A DNA stretch of 64,000 nt, taken from assembly GCF_004010195.1 (NCBI RefSeq), contig NC_057719.1, positions 71,936,055 to 72,000,054 on the forward strand, given 5' to 3'. The notes under the pieces were generated by a model, which worked only from the letters and a program-made list of their open reading frames with translations, was not told where the DNA came from and ran no database searches. The DNA is from Chiloscyllium plagiosum. Lineage: Eukaryota. A program made the translations under genes and the position numbers. Below, piece after piece: positions 63,896 to 64,000 of this stretch; position 1 is the stretch's first letter, and each line of letters starts with the position of its first letter.

Positions 63896-64000
63896 GGCGG
63901 GGGAAGGTGAAAGGGTTTGTGTGATGGAGAAAGGAAGTGAGCATGGAGGTGAAGACAGTGAAAGAGGATTAGATTCTCTACAGTATGGAAACAGGCCTTT

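Noticed and set aside
1..64000. CRISPR array, operons or prokaryotic defence systems
   Set aside because: The sequence is vertebrate repeat-rich DNA; there are no regularly spaced repeats or dense coding regions

Overview
Vertebrate non-coding DNA, very rich in repeats. It is most likely an intron or intergenic region of an elasmobranch (shark), inferred from HE1-type tRNA SINEs and their partner CR1 LINEs. I found no intact host protein-coding gene; every recognisable ORF is a decayed transposable element. Main contents: (1) a nested stack at 1-6000 of an L1, a Gmr1-like Gypsy gag with a SCAN-like segment, and Penelope GIY-YIG fragments; (2) a full-length Buster/Charlie hAT transposon (9454-11940, TIRs, 8-bp TSD) inserted in an old Gypsy gag-protease relic; (3) a near-complete LTR element (46202-51515; both LTRs, PBS, PPT, 4-bp TSD) whose integrase lies upstream of RT, the Gmr1-like order; (4) many CR1, RTE, Tx1 and SINE pieces. 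The most interesting signal is a dispersed set of tiny (about 100-250 bp) Penelope-derived insertions carrying minimal hammerhead ribozyme motifs (CUGANGA-stem-GAAA-..UH). Several are head-to-head fold-back units with one core on each strand, several have 11-15 bp target-site duplications, and their 5' ends fall a few nt upstream of the ribozyme core. A few repeat-poor islands are candidate conserved regulatory elements or exons, with weak support. All calls were made by eye, without database searches.
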